Shown: piece after piece, positions 18,565-28,793 of the stretch
Layout of the letters: every line of letters begins with the position of its first letter
Numbering within the stretch: position 1 is the first letter of the stretch
Assembly: GCA_021773815.1 (NCBI GenBank)
Contig: JAJFJS010000026.1
Span: forward strand, 4,693 to 68,692
DNA from: Gammaproteobacteria bacterium
GTDB lineage: Bacteria; Pseudomonadota; Gammaproteobacteria; Steroidobacterales; GCA-2729495
DNA: 64,000 nucleotides
Direction of reading: 5' to 3'
The notes under the pieces: model-generated
Database searches by the model: none
What the model was told of the DNA's origin: nothing
The model's input: only the letters and a program-made list of their open reading frames with translations
Made by a program: the position numbers and the translations under genes

Positions 18565-21405
18565 TTACTCCGCCTCGATACCGAGTGCGGCTTCGACCAG
18601 CGCCTGCTGCTGCTGCACATGCATCTGGAAGCGGCCCGCGGCCGGCGCAGCGGCGCCCGGTCTGCCGGCATAGTACAGCGCATGCCGGTCGCCGAGCGGT
18701 TCCTGCAGCCGGTGCCGAATCTGGTACCACGCTCCCTGGTTCTGCGGCTCTTCCTGACACCAGACAATTTCCGTCGCCTGCGGATGCGCGCCGATCAGTT
18801 CGGCGTACTCGCCGATGGGAAACGGGTAAAGCTGCTCGATGCGCACAATCGCGACATCGTCGCGGGCGTTCGCACGGCGCGCCTCGAGCAGGTCGTAATA
18901 CACCTTGCCACTGCAGAACACGATGCGCCGCACCGCAGCCGCGTCAATCGCATCGACCTCGGGAATGATCAGGCGGAATCCCCCGTCCAGCATTTCCGCC
19001 ATCGGCGAACTGGCGAGTCGGTGGCGCAGCAGGCTTTTCGGCGTCATGACGATCAGCGGCTTGCGCAGAGCGCGCAGCATCTGCCGCCGGATCATATGAA
19101 ACATCTGTGCGGCCGTCGTCGGGACGCAGACCTGCATGTTGTATTCGGCGCACAACTGCAGGAAGCGCTCGAGGCGCGCCGACGAATGTTCGGGACCCTG
19201 GCCCTCGTAACCGTGCGGCAAGTACATGGCCATGCCGCAGAGTCGGTTCCACTTCGATTCGCCCGAAGATATGAACTGGTCGATGACGACCTGCGCGCCG
19301 TTGCAGAAATCACCGAACTGCGCCTCCCAGATCACGAGGCTGTCCGGGTCGGTCGTTGCGAAGCCGTATTCAAAACCCAGCACCGCCTCTTCTGAAAGCA
19401 GCGAGTCCGTGACGGTCAGGGCACCGCGTCGGTTGGCGATGTCATCAATCGAGATGTGCGACCGACCCGAATTCTGGTCGTAAATCGCCGCATGACGATG
19501 AAAGAACGTGCCGCGCCGGCTGTCCTGCCCCGTCAGCCGGATCTTGAAGCCGGCACGCAGCAGGCTGCCGTAGGCGAGCAATTCGGCGAAGCCCCAGTCG
19601 ATCGGCGTTTCACCTGCCGCCATCTTCTCGCGATCCGTCAGAATCCGCGCGATACGCGGATGCAGCGTAAAACCCTGCGGTACCCGCGTAATCGCCGCAC
19701 CCAATTCGTCGAATTCGGCGCGCGTGATCGAAGTCTTGACGGTCTCGGCCCAGTCGGCGCCGAGGTGTCTGGACCAGTCAACCGTGTACTCATTGCCGAT
19801 CATGCCCAGTGAAGCCGCCAGGACCGGCTGCCCCTCATCCAGCCGCTTCCGGTAGTCGTCCATCATATGGCCCGGATCGGTCGCCTCAATCGTCCCGTTC
19901 TCGACGAGCAGGTTGCCGTACAACTGGCGCACCGTCGCGTGTTTCTTGATCTTGCGGTACATGCGCGGCTGCGTCGCCGCTGGTTCGTCGGCTTCGTTGT
20001 GACCGTGGCGCCGGTAGCAGACGAGGTCGATGACGACGTCCTTGCGGAATGTCTGGCGATAATCGAATGCCATGCGCGTGACGAAGACGGCCGCTTCCGG
20101 ATCGTCGCCGTTGACGTGGAAGACCGGCGCCTCGATCATTTTCGCCACGTCGCTGCAGTACGGCGTCGAACGCGCGTCGCGCGGCTCGCTCGTCGTAAAG
20201 CCGATCTGGTTGTTGATGATGATGTGCACGGTGCCGCCGGTACTGAAGCCGCGCGCCTGCGACATCTGGAACGTCTCGGGCACGACGCCCTGCCCGGCAA
20301 ACGCCGCGTCGCCATGAATCAGAACGGGCAGAATCTCTTGGCCGGTTTCGTCGGCCCGCCGTTCCTGGCGGGCACGCACGGAACCCTCGACAACCGGATT
20401 AACGATTTCCAGGTGCGACGGGTTGAATGCCAGCGCGACGTGGACCTGTCCGCCCGGCGTGCGGATATCGGCAGAAAACCCCATGTGGTATTTGACGTCG
20501 CCGGATCCGGTCACGGTCGCCGGATCGTAGTGCCCCTCAAATTCCGAAAACAGGTCCGTGGGCGACTTGCCGAGCACGTTGACGAGCACGTTGATGCGCC
20601 CGCGATGTGCCATGCCGATGACGATTTCCTGCAGACCAGCCACGCCGCCGGTCTGGATCAGGTCGTCAAGCATCGGGATCAGGCTGTCGCCGCCTTCCAG
20701 GGAAAACCGTTTCTGGCCAACGTATTTGGTGTGCAGGTAGCGTTCGATACCCTCGGCCGCGGTCAGGTGGCCGAGTATCGTACAACGATCATCATCCGTC
20801 AGCGGTTTCCCGAGCATGCCGCGTTCGAGGCGTTCCCGAATCCACAGGCGCTCGCGGCCGCGCGACACGTGCGCAAAATCGGCGCCGACGTGCCCGCAAT
20901 ACACCTGTCGCAGCGTAGCGATGATCTCGCGCAGCTGCATCTTGCCGTGACCGGTGCCGGCCAGCCCGCCGGTATAAAATTCGGTGTCCATGTCGGCCTC
21001 AGACAGCCCGAGGTAATCGAGATTGAAGACGATCGGCGTACGCCGTTCGCTCAGTTGCAGCGGATCGAGGTTGGCGATCTGGTGACCGCGCAGGCCGTAG
21101 ATCTGGATCAGCCGGGAGACCGCGGCCTGCTTCTCACTGGCCGCACTCGTCCCGCTGCCGCCGGCCACCGTTGCCGCACCGGTCGCCGGTCGCGCGGCGA
21201 GCGTTGCGCGCACGCGCCGGTGCCGCCCGGCATCTGCAGCAACATCCGCCTGCGGTTCCGCACCGACCGAGACGAAAAACGCGCGCCATTTTTCCGGCAC
21301 CGCGCCGGCATCATCGAGGTATGTCTCGTAGAGGTCCTCGACATAGGCGGCATTGCCGCCGAACAAGGGTGACCACGCATAGCGCTGCTGGAGGGACTGG
21401 CTCAT
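18565..21405 (-). CDS. sucA: 2-oxoglutarate dehydrogenase E1 component
   Basis: About 946 aa, with RRHGHNEADEP and HGDAAFAGQGVV motifs. The ATG at 21405 (MSQSLQQRYAWSPLFGGNAAYVEDLYE) is preferred to the track start. Confidence 0.95.
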   Translation of the reverse strand: MSQSLQQRYAWSPLFGGNAAYVEDLYETYLDDAGAVPEKWRAFFVSVGAEPQADVAADAGRHRRVRATLAARPATGAATVAGGSGTSAASEKQAAVSRLIQIYGLRGHQIANLDPLQLSERRTPIVFNLDYLGLSEADMDTEFYTGGLAGTGHGKMQLREIIATLRQVYCGHVGADFAHVSRGRERLWIRERLERGMLGKPLTDDDRCTILGHLTAAEGIERYLHTKYVGQKRFSLEGGDSLIPMLDDLIQTGGVAGLQEIVIGMAHRGRINVLVNVLGKSPTDLFSEFEGHYDPATVTGSGDVKYHMGFSADIRTPGGQVHVALAFNPSHLEIVNPVVEGSVRARQERRADETGQEILPVLIHGDAAFAGQGVVPETFQMSQARGFSTGGTVHIIINNQIGFTTSEPRDARSTPYCSDVAKMIEAPVFHVNGDDPEAAVFVTRMAFDYRQTFRKDVVIDLVCYRRHGHNEADEPAATQPRMYRKIKKHATVRQLYGNLLVENGTIEATDPGHMMDDYRKRLDEGQPVLAASLGMIGNEYTVDWSRHLGADWAETVKTSITRAEFDELGAAITRVPQGFTLHPRIARILTDREKMAAGETPIDWGFAELLAYGSLLRAGFKIRLTGQDSRRGTFFHRHAAIYDQNSGRSHISIDDIANRRGALTVTDSLLSEEAVLGFEYGFATTDPDSLVIWEAQFGDFCNGAQVVIDQFISSGESKWNRLCGMAMYLPHGYEGQGPEHSSARLERFLQLCAEYNMQVCVPTTAAQMFHMIRRQMLRALRKPLIVMTPKSLLRHRLASSPMAEMLDGGFRLIIPEVDAIDAAAVRRIVFCSGKVYYDLLEARRANARDDVAIVRIEQLYPFPIGEYAELIGAHPQATEIVWCQEEPQNQGAWYQIRHRLQEPLGDRHALYYAGRPGAAAPAAGRFQMHVQQQQALVEAALGIEAE

Positions 21406-21528
21406 GTGCCGACGATTCCGTGCGGAAATACGCGCCGCCGCGGAGCGGCGACTCAAGGGTGTGTAGTGTATCCGAGCCGGTTTGAAACTGAAACGCGAAG
21501 GCGCCGGAACCGGTGCCCGCCGGGTCTG

Positions 21529-22134
21529 TCAGAACGCGACGATCAGTGAACCCAGCGTCAGCAGGTCGAGATCGAGGATCTCGCCGAACAGGTAGATCTC
21601 ATAGACGATCAGGGCGAGGTAGCCGACGCAGGCGACCTGCAACACCCGAATGACCCGGAACCAGCCCATGAAGTGGCGCTGCGCGGCGAACACGAGCGCC
21701 AGTACCGACACGATTGTGGTACCGATCTTGACCCACAGGAACCTTTCGACGCCGACGGTGATCATGCTGTTCATGAACAGGTTGACCTCCTCGGCGCCGA
21801 TGTGGAGCAGATTCAGCGTAAACAGCGCATCGGCGCAGCTGAGCAACACGATCGCCAGCGCTATATACAGCAGATGCGGCTCGTGCCAGTCGAAGATGAA
21901 CCGGTGGCCGTCGGCGGCCCGCCGGCTCGCCCGCCGGCGCGGGCGAAAATTCCCGTAGACGAACGCATGCAGCGAGTTTTCGCGGCGGCGGTCAGCCCCG
22001 AGGCGCCGATCCGTGAGCAGACCGGGCGCGGGGCCCTTGCTGCCGGTCAGCTGCCCGAGCACGAGCCGATCGGCGACGAAGCGGCGTTCCCGCACGCTGT
22101 CGCGATCTTCGGTGGATCTGGTACGCATACTCAA
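21529..22134 (-). CDS. DUF5658-like membrane protein with an Arg-rich N-terminal region
   Basis: The N-terminus has DRR/RRR-rich repeats (ERRFVADR..GADRRRENS..RPRRRASRR). The TM core is LLSCADALFTLNLLHIGAEEVNLFMNSMI, which resembles the D..fTL.l...Ga.E.NP.M pattern I recall for DUF5658. Confidence 0.5.
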   Translation of the reverse strand: MSMRTRSTEDRDSVRERRFVADRLVLGQLTGSKGPAPGLLTDRRLGADRRRENSLHAFVYGNFRPRRRASRRAADGHRFIFDWHEPHLLYIALAIVLLSCADALFTLNLLHIGAEEVNLFMNSMITVGVERFLWVKIGTTIVSVLALVFAAQRHFMGWFRVIRVLQVACVGYLALIVYEIYLFGEILDLDLLTLGSLIVAF

Positions 22135-22265
22135 TGGGTCCGCCTGGCCGCTTCGCGCCGGACGATCCGACCCGGAAGCTTGTTCCCGAGTTTACCTAAT
22201 ATAAATTCGATTAGTGTTTGTTTTTACAATAATTTATAGGAAAAATAACGCTTGCTCCCGGCCGC

Positions 22266-25200
22266 TCAGCCATGCGCCGTCTGCAACCGCGCCGCGCGCC
22301 GGGCCCGGCCGTTCTCGACCAGTGAGTAGACCGCCGGCACGACGACCAGCGACAGCAGCGTGGAGGTCACCATGCCGCCGACGACGGCCACGGCCAGCGG
22401 CGCGGACAATTCGACCCCGGCGCCGAGACCGAGCGCCGGCACCATCATCGCGAAGATGATCGTGAATGAGGTCATCAGGATCGGCCGCAGGCGCGTCGGG
22501 CAGGCCTCGAGTAACGCTGCGTCGATGGCCTGGCCCTGATCGCGCAATTGATTGGCGCGGTCGACCAGCAGGATCGAGTTCTTCGCGACGAGTCCGATCA
22601 GCAGCACGAGACCCGTCATCGAGAAGATGTTCAGCGTGTGATTGAACAGATTCAGCGCCGCGACGCCGCCGATCACGGCCAGCGGCTGCGCGACCATGAT
22701 GATCAATGGCTGGGAATAGGAATTGAACTGGCTCGCCAGCACCATATACACGAGGACCAGTGACAGTAGGAACGCGAACCCGAGCGAGCTGGACGTATTG
22801 CCGAGCTGCTTGGCACGGCCGAGCATCTGCAGTGTGTACCCGGGCGGCAGGACTTCGGCGGCAGCCACATTCAGCCGCTCGACGGCCTCGCCGAGCGAGA
22901 TCGTCGGATCGCTGTACAGGTACGCCGCGTACTGGCGGTCGAGACGTGAGATCACGGCCGGGCCCAGCGTCTGCTCGAACCGGGCGACCGAATCGAGACG
23001 CACGAGTGCGCGGTTCGGGCTGCGCAGGTAGATCTTGCGCATGTCGGCGAGGCTGAAATCGCCGGCCGCCTTGAGCCGGATATCGTAACGTTCACCGTCA
23101 CCCTGCTCGTCACTAAACTTGGCGACATTGAGACCACCGGCCAGCACGTTGGCCGCCTCGGCAATCGCCAGCGTCGACAACCCGAATTCGGCGCCGAGTT
23201 CGCGATCAACCTCGAGCCGCGTCTGTGGCAACTCCAGGTTCAGGTCCAGATCGAAGGTGCCCATCTCCGGGTCGGCCGACAGTCGCTCGAGCAATTCATT
23301 CGCCAGCCGCGCGACGCCCTCGAGATCGGGGCCGGTCAGCGCAAAATTCAGGGCCTCGCCGCGCGCCGAGCCGGCGATCGAGAACACGGACGGGAATGCG
23401 CGCACGCCCGGCAACTCCGCCAGGTCCCGGCGCAGCAACGGCATCAATTCATATTGTTTGAGCTTGCGCTGTTCCGGAGGAACCATGCTGACGTAGACAG
23501 TGCCCTCGGTGACTTGCGAGGTCCGGCCGCGGCCCATCGTGGCGTACGCGGTCGAGATATCCTCGTACGACAGCAGCACCTTTTCGACTTCGGCCATGCG
23601 CTGGCTGCCGTACTCCAGGCTGGTGCCGAGTGGCGTCTTGACGACGACCTGGAACCCGCCCTCATCCTCCGGCGGAAAAAACTCACCGCCGAGGCCGAGG
23701 AAGAACACCGGGGTCAGCAGCACGATCAGCAGTGCGCCGATCAACACCTTCCAGCGGTGGCCGAGCGTCCATTCGATAATGCTCCGGTAACGCCGATCGA
23801 GACCGTCGAGCGCCCGCGTGATGCCGTGATAAATCGGCCCGCCTTGCTGCTCGACCCGCAGGTAGCGCGAGCACAGCATCGGTGTCAGCGTGACCGACAC
23901 GAACAGCGACACCAGCACACCGCACGCGACAACAACGCCGAACGCGCTGAATAACTTGCCCGGAATGCCGCCCATGAACAGCACCACGGTAAAGATTGCC
24001 GCGAGCGTCAGCGTCGATGCAACGATCGCCAGCAGCACCTGGTTCGTGCCGTCGACCGATGCGCGTTGGCGGTCGGTCTCACCGCCCTCCAGGCGACGCT
24101 GTATGTTTTCCAGCACGACGATCGCATCGTCGACGACGACGCCGATCAGGATCAGCAGCGCCAGCATCGTCACGACATTGAGGGTATAACCGACGAAATA
24201 CATCACCAGCACGGCGCCGAGCAGCGATACGGGAATTGCCGAGGCGACGATCAGCGTCGCACGCAGGCTGCGCAGGAAGAACCAGACGACCAGCGCCGCA
24301 AAGATGGTTCCGGCGATCAGGTGCTCTTCCATCGACGCGATCAACTGGAGTGTGTATTCGCTGTCGTCGTTGGAAATGAACAGCTGCACGCCCGGCGGCA
24401 GTTGCGGGATGATCGTCTCATTTAGCCGCCGCCGGATCTCGCGGCTGATCTCAACCGTATTGCGTCCGGCGATCTTGACGATACCCAGTCCGATGCCAGG
24501 CTCGTGATTGAAGCGCCCGAACGTGCGGTTGTCCGCGAGCCCGTCCTCGACCTCGGCAACGTCGCGCAGATAAATAGTGCCGCCGTCGCGGTAGCCGAGC
24601 ACCATGCCCTCCAGATCGATCGTCCGGTGATACTCGAGGTCGAGCTTGAGCAGTTCCTCGCGATCATCGTCGACAAGGTAGCCGCCCGGTAATTGGATGT
24701 GCTCGTTACGAAATGCCGCGATCACGTCCTGCACGGTGATGCCGAACGCCGTCAAACGGTCCAGGTCAAGGCTGATACGGATCGTGCGCGGCCGCTGGCC
24801 GCCGATGACGATACTGCCCACGCCGTCGACGGTCTCGAGCTGCTTCTTGACGATGCGCGCCATCTCGTTGAGTTGCTGCAGCGTGCGGTTGCCGATGATC
24901 GTAATCCAGAACACCGGGAACGAACTGGTCTCGGTCTTCGTGATAATCGGCGCCTCGGCCTGCTCCGGCAGTAGCCGCAGCACCTCGCTGACCTTGGCCT
25001 GCACCTCGTTGAACGCGACGTCGATATCCTTGCCCAGGTCAAACGACGGCGTAATCACCGACTGGCCCGGCGAGGATGTCGAGACCAGGTTGTCCATGCC
25101 GGGGATGCTAGCGATCGCACCTTCGACAACATTCGTGACGCTGGCATCGACGATCTCCGGATTCGCGCCGAGCAATCGTGTCGTGACCTGTATTTTCGCG

Positions 25201-25325
25201 AAATCGATATTCGGCAGACGCTCGACACCGATTTCCTGATAGGCGACGACACCGAACAATACGATCGCCAGGTTCAGCATGGCCGCGAAAACGTAACGCT
25301 TGACGGAGATGGATGCGAGGCTCAC
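22266..25325 (-). CDS. RND efflux transporter permease (AcrB/MdtBC-like, HAE-type)
   Basis: 1019 aa with 12-TM architecture. The TM4 motif is IGVVVDDAIVVLENI rather than the DFG-DGA-VEN form remembered for CzcA/CusA. Confidence 0.9.
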   Translation of the reverse strand: MSLASISVKRYVFAAMLNLAIVLFGVVAYQEIGVERLPNIDFAKIQVTTRLLGANPEIVDASVTNVVEGAIASIPGMDNLVSTSSPGQSVITPSFDLGKDIDVAFNEVQAKVSEVLRLLPEQAEAPIITKTETSSFPVFWITIIGNRTLQQLNEMARIVKKQLETVDGVGSIVIGGQRPRTIRISLDLDRLTAFGITVQDVIAAFRNEHIQLPGGYLVDDDREELLKLDLEYHRTIDLEGMVLGYRDGGTIYLRDVAEVEDGLADNRTFGRFNHEPGIGLGIVKIAGRNTVEISREIRRRLNETIIPQLPPGVQLFISNDDSEYTLQLIASMEEHLIAGTIFAALVVWFFLRSLRATLIVASAIPVSLLGAVLVMYFVGYTLNVVTMLALLILIGVVVDDAIVVLENIQRRLEGGETDRQRASVDGTNQVLLAIVASTLTLAAIFTVVLFMGGIPGKLFSAFGVVVACGVLVSLFVSVTLTPMLCSRYLRVEQQGGPIYHGITRALDGLDRRYRSIIEWTLGHRWKVLIGALLIVLLTPVFFLGLGGEFFPPEDEGGFQVVVKTPLGTSLEYGSQRMAEVEKVLLSYEDISTAYATMGRGRTSQVTEGTVYVSMVPPEQRKLKQYELMPLLRRDLAELPGVRAFPSVFSIAGSARGEALNFALTGPDLEGVARLANELLERLSADPEMGTFDLDLNLELPQTRLEVDRELGAEFGLSTLAIAEAANVLAGGLNVAKFSDEQGDGERYDIRLKAAGDFSLADMRKIYLRSPNRALVRLDSVARFEQTLGPAVISRLDRQYAAYLYSDPTISLGEAVERLNVAAAEVLPPGYTLQMLGRAKQLGNTSSSLGFAFLLSLVLVYMVLASQFNSYSQPLIIMVAQPLAVIGGVAALNLFNHTLNIFSMTGLVLLIGLVAKNSILLVDRANQLRDQGQAIDAALLEACPTRLRPILMTSFTIIFAMMVPALGLGAGVELSAPLAVAVVGGMVTSTLLSLVVVPAVYSLVENGRARRAARLQTAHG

Positions 25326-25329
25326 GGCG

Positions 25330-26400
25330 CTACTCGACGATCGACACTTCGCTGCCGTCGGTCAGGAACCCTGCGCCATCGACGACAACGATCTCGTCAC
25401 CGCTCAGACCCGCGCGGATCTCAACCGAACGGCCGCTGCGCTGGCCGCGCTCGACCGACTGCTCGACGACGCGCTGCCCGTCGAGCACATACACGACGTC
25501 GCCGACGGGCCGGCGCACGACCGAGACCTGCGGCACGATGACGACATTGGCGCGCGTCGCAAGCACGACCTCGGCGCGCACGCTGGCGCCCGGACGCCAG
25601 TCGCCAGGGTTGACGAAATCGACAATCAGCGACACAGACCGGTTGGCCGGGTTGATGCCCGGCCGGATGTCCGTGATCGTAGTGACAACGGGCGCACCGC
25701 CCGAGGCCGACGATTTCAGCCGGACGGTCAGGCCTTTGCGCAGTAGCGGCGCGCGGTACTCGGGCAGCGGCAACCGGATGCGCAGATTGTCGACATCGAT
25801 CAGGTCGAATGCGACGGTACCGGTCTGCAGGTAATCGCCGACGTCGATGTGTCGTACAGCGATCTCGGCGCGCACGGGCGCGATGAGCTGCGTCTCGGCA
25901 AGACGCCGCTGGCTGTCGGCCACCTGTGTGCGCGTACCGGCAAGTTGTTCGGTCAACGCCGCGAATTCGCCCTGAATCGTCTCCAGTTGATCTTCAGCAA
26001 TCAGTTTGTCGGCATACAAGCGTTTGGACCGCGCGAGGTCGCGTTCCTTTTGTGCATGCAAAGCGACGAGGCGCCGTGATTCGGCCTCACTGGCCTGTTT
26101 CGCAATCCGGTACTGCTCGGCGTCGATACGCGCGAGCACGGCTCCCGCCTCGACGGCCTGGCCTTCATCGACGAGTACGGCGATGACCTCACCCGCGACC
26201 TGCGCGGAAACCTGCGGCGAACGCCGGCTCTCGATGATGCCGACCGCTGTCTCAATCTGCTCGACATCCATCCGTTCGGCCTGCGTCGTCGTGACGCGGA
26301 TGACGCGCCCCTGTGCCTGCGCAGCGAGGCTCGTCAGCAACAGCATGCATACTGCCGCCGTACACATCGCCGGCACCTTCGGACCCGTGAATCGATACAT
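25330..26400 (-). CDS. RND efflux periplasmic adaptor (membrane fusion protein)
   Basis: Signal peptide, lipoyl-like hairpin (AGEVIAVLVDEGQAVEAGAVLARID) and a coiled-coil; 4 nt upstream of the RND gene. Confidence 0.85.
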   Translation of the reverse strand: MYRFTGPKVPAMCTAAVCMLLLTSLAAQAQGRVIRVTTTQAERMDVEQIETAVGIIESRRSPQVSAQVAGEVIAVLVDEGQAVEAGAVLARIDAEQYRIAKQASEAESRRLVALHAQKERDLARSKRLYADKLIAEDQLETIQGEFAALTEQLAGTRTQVADSQRRLAETQLIAPVRAEIAVRHIDVGDYLQTGTVAFDLIDVDNLRIRLPLPEYRAPLLRKGLTVRLKSSASGGAPVVTTITDIRPGINPANRSVSLIVDFVNPGDWRPGASVRAEVVLATRANVVIVPQVSVVRRPVGDVVYVLDGQRVVEQSVERGQRSGRSVEIRAGLSGDEIVVVDGAGFLTDGSEVSIVE

Positions 26401-26532
26401 GTGACTCGCTGTTATGGCTTGTTATGCGCCGCAGTCTACCGGGAAAACCCGGTACAGACACCGGTCCACGAGCGGTCAAACCGCACCTCGGCAACCCGTG
26501 GCGACGCCGGCTACCGCAGACCAACCGACCGT

Positions 26533-26754
26533 TCAACAGCAGTGTTGGTCGCCCTGTACCGGCGGGCACGGCACGTCACCATAAGAACAAAAGACGCAAC
26601 AACTCCCCGGCTTCGGGCGCAGCAGTGCGCGACAATGCCGGCATTCATAAAAATACTGACAGGCGCCTGTCGGCATAGACTCCGTACAGCGATACCCGCA
26701 TTCCGGACAGGTGATCGTCGAACGAGAAATGATCGTGTGCGTCGATTCCGACAT
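26533..26754 (-). CDS. GDCCVxC-domain Cys-rich protein (12 Cys in 73 aa)
   Basis: The sequence ITCPECGYRCTESMPTGACQYFYECRHCRALLRPKPGSCCVFCSYGDVPCPPVQ matches the family named 'GDCCVxC domain (seleno)protein'. All positions are Cys codons, with no in-frame TGA. The ATG at 26754 is preferred. Confidence 0.7.
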   Translation of the reverse strand: MSESTHTIISRSTITCPECGYRCTESMPTGACQYFYECRHCRALLRPKPGSCCVFCSYGDVPCPPVQGDQHCC

Positions 26755-27251
26755 GGGTTCGATTCTACCCGGCACACCCGTGAAACAGATGGCTTTGCTC
26801 CATCACGCGACCACCGCGGAAAATTGACGGAAGCGCAACCACCCGGCATGCGCCCGGAAAATGTTTCTGCGGAAACTTCTATCCGGGCCGACCCATCAAT
26901 GTTTTACATAATAACAATGCGCTCGGCGGAACAGGCCCACCTTTACCACCTTCATCCGAATATGGACCCGTCCGGTTGGCCGTGCTAGGCTGTGAAACAG
27001 TACTACCCCGATGACGCAAACGAAGAACGCTTGGTCAAGGCGCTCGGAACATCAAGGGGGTATGACATGACAATCAATAACACCGCGTGCCGGTTCTCGA
27101 GCATGCCGAATCGTCATCATCGTGGGCAACTCCCTGCTTCCAAGTGCCGTCGACAAGCGCCGCATTTGATTTGAATTAACGAACGTGGCGCCGAACGTGC
27201 CTGGACTCGATCCAGCGTGTGGCGGCTTCGTTCTTCAGGAGTCAGACGGTG

Positions 27252-28118
27252 ATGAAGACACAAACACTAAAAACTTTCTTGACGACAGCAGTCCTGACGA
27301 CTGCCTCGCTGATGTCCACCGGGGCACTGGCCGCAACGGTCACCTACGTCACCCACCTGACGAGCGCCCGGTCCACGACCGGCGCCGACAGCGCGATGGT
27401 CCTTCAGCAAGTCGGCACCACCGCCGGTTATTCGGCAGCCACAGGTTTTGCCAGCGCCACCACATCGGTGACGGTCGGCCAGGGCTGGGCACGCGGCAGC
27501 GCGTTGGCATCGGCCGGACAGGAAGGCGCGAACGCCAGCGGCTCAGTGCAGGGCATGTGGGTCGATGACCTCACAATATTCGGCGGCGGCCTGACCGGCG
27601 CCGGCGTTGCGACCGTCAGTTTTGACATCAGCGGCAACCTGAGTGCATCGAGCGGCGGCGTTACCCCCGGCACCGTTGCCGACGCGGACTGGAATCTGTA
27701 CTTTCAGTCTGGAAATATTATCCAGTCGTTCGTGGGCTCCGGCGGAATCAACGCCAACCCCACGGAAACCACGACATCGGGGGATATCAACGGCGGCATC
27801 TACAGCGTGGATTTCGACTTCTTCTTCGACGTACCGATCCAGATCAAGGTCGCGCTGAACGTCAGCGCCGGCGCTCACCATTCCGGTAACGCCGCCGCCC
27901 TGTTCGAAAATACGCTGGAATGGGGAGGCATCACCGCGCTGCGTGACAATGTCGGCGATCTGGTCACCAGTTATAACCTCACCTCCGGTTCCGGCGTCGA
28001 CTGGCGGCAGGCCGTCGTCGCACCGGCCATAGTCCCCGTTCCTGCGGGATTCTGGCTGCTGTGCTCGGGCCTGATGAGCCTGATCCCCGCCGTGCGCCGC
28101 CGATTCGGGCAAGCCTGA
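27252..28118 (+). CDS. secreted protein with a VPLPA-CTERM/PEP-CTERM-like sorting signal
   Basis: Signal peptide, a Gly/Ser/Thr/Ala-rich body, and the C-terminus IVPVPAGFWLLCSGLMSLIPAVRRRFGQA (motif + TM + basic). The AGGAG RBS lies 10 nt upstream of the ATG at 27252. Confidence 0.7.
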   Translation: MKTQTLKTFLTTAVLTTASLMSTGALAATVTYVTHLTSARSTTGADSAMVLQQVGTTAGYSAATGFASATTSVTVGQGWARGSALASAGQEGANASGSVQGMWVDDLTIFGGGLTGAGVATVSFDISGNLSASSGGVTPGTVADADWNLYFQSGNIIQSFVGSGGINANPTETTTSGDINGGIYSVDFDFFFDVPIQIKVALNVSAGAHHSGNAAALFENTLEWGGITALRDNVGDLVTSYNLTSGSGVDWRQAVVAPAIVPVPAGFWLLCSGLMSLIPAVRRRFGQA

Positions 28119-28232
28119 ATCTCATTCACCGTCCGGCGGGACCGCAGTCTGGCGGTGCCGTCGGGGGAGCGCTGCAGAACGCGTTGTCGATCGGAAGGTA
28201 TCGATGCCCGGCGACGGCGCCGATGCGCGGCG

Positions 28233-28778
28233 CTAATCGTAGACGATCGTGCGCTCGGGCAGACCCTCAGAGCGCCAGAATTCCTGCAGACCCTCCGGAC
28301 CCTCCTCGGCCTGGATCTGCTGCTCCTGCAGCGACAGCTGACACAAGCGCACCTCATCATCGGCCAGCGGCGGCTCGTCGTCAGCCGAGATCGAGCGAGC
28401 AACGAATATCGGGCGCGCGTCCGCCCCGGGGGCCACAACCTTGCCCGTGACGGTCAGCGCGGCGCCGAGCCGCGGCGCACAGCGCCGTTCGGCCACGTCA
28501 TACCAGATCCTGATACGCGCCGAAGGGTCTTCGAGGACGATGTAATCGAGGCGCCCCGTCGAGATGAAGAACTGGTCGCGATTTCGTTGCACATGCGTGC
28601 CGGTCAGCTGCACGAGACCGTCCATGTAGGCATCCGGTTGCGCATTGATCGCCGCAGCGCTCGACAGTTCGGTCGAGTCGCAACCGGCGAGCAGCATCAC
28701 CAGTAACGTCGCGAAATACCCGCTCAAACGACTAGCGGAAATGCATGTATCGACAAGGTTTGTACCGAAGAAAATCAT
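28233..28778 (-). CDS. lipoprotein of unknown function
   Basis: Lipobox LLAGC. No family recognised; possibly OB-fold-like. Confidence 0.5.
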   Translation of the reverse strand: MIFFGTNLVDTCISASRLSGYFATLLVMLLAGCDSTELSSAAAINAQPDAYMDGLVQLTGTHVQRNRDQFFISTGRLDYIVLEDPSARIRIWYDVAERRCAPRLGAALTVTGKVVAPGADARPIFVARSISADDEPPLADDEVRLCQLSLQEQQIQAEEGPEGLQEFWRSEGLPERTIVYD

Positions 28779-28793
28779 GGGCCGGTGACCAGA

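Noticed and set aside
26533-26754. Selenocysteine-containing version of the GDCCVxC protein
   Set aside because: The CC pair and all other Cys positions are TGT/TGC codons. There is no in-frame TGA, and no obvious SECIS-like hairpin was needed to explain the ORF.
26992-27174. 60-aa ORF in the long spacer upstream of the first CTERM-type gene
   Set aside because: It has no RBS, an odd composition and no recognisable family. The 480-bp spacer is more likely regulatory or leader sequence.
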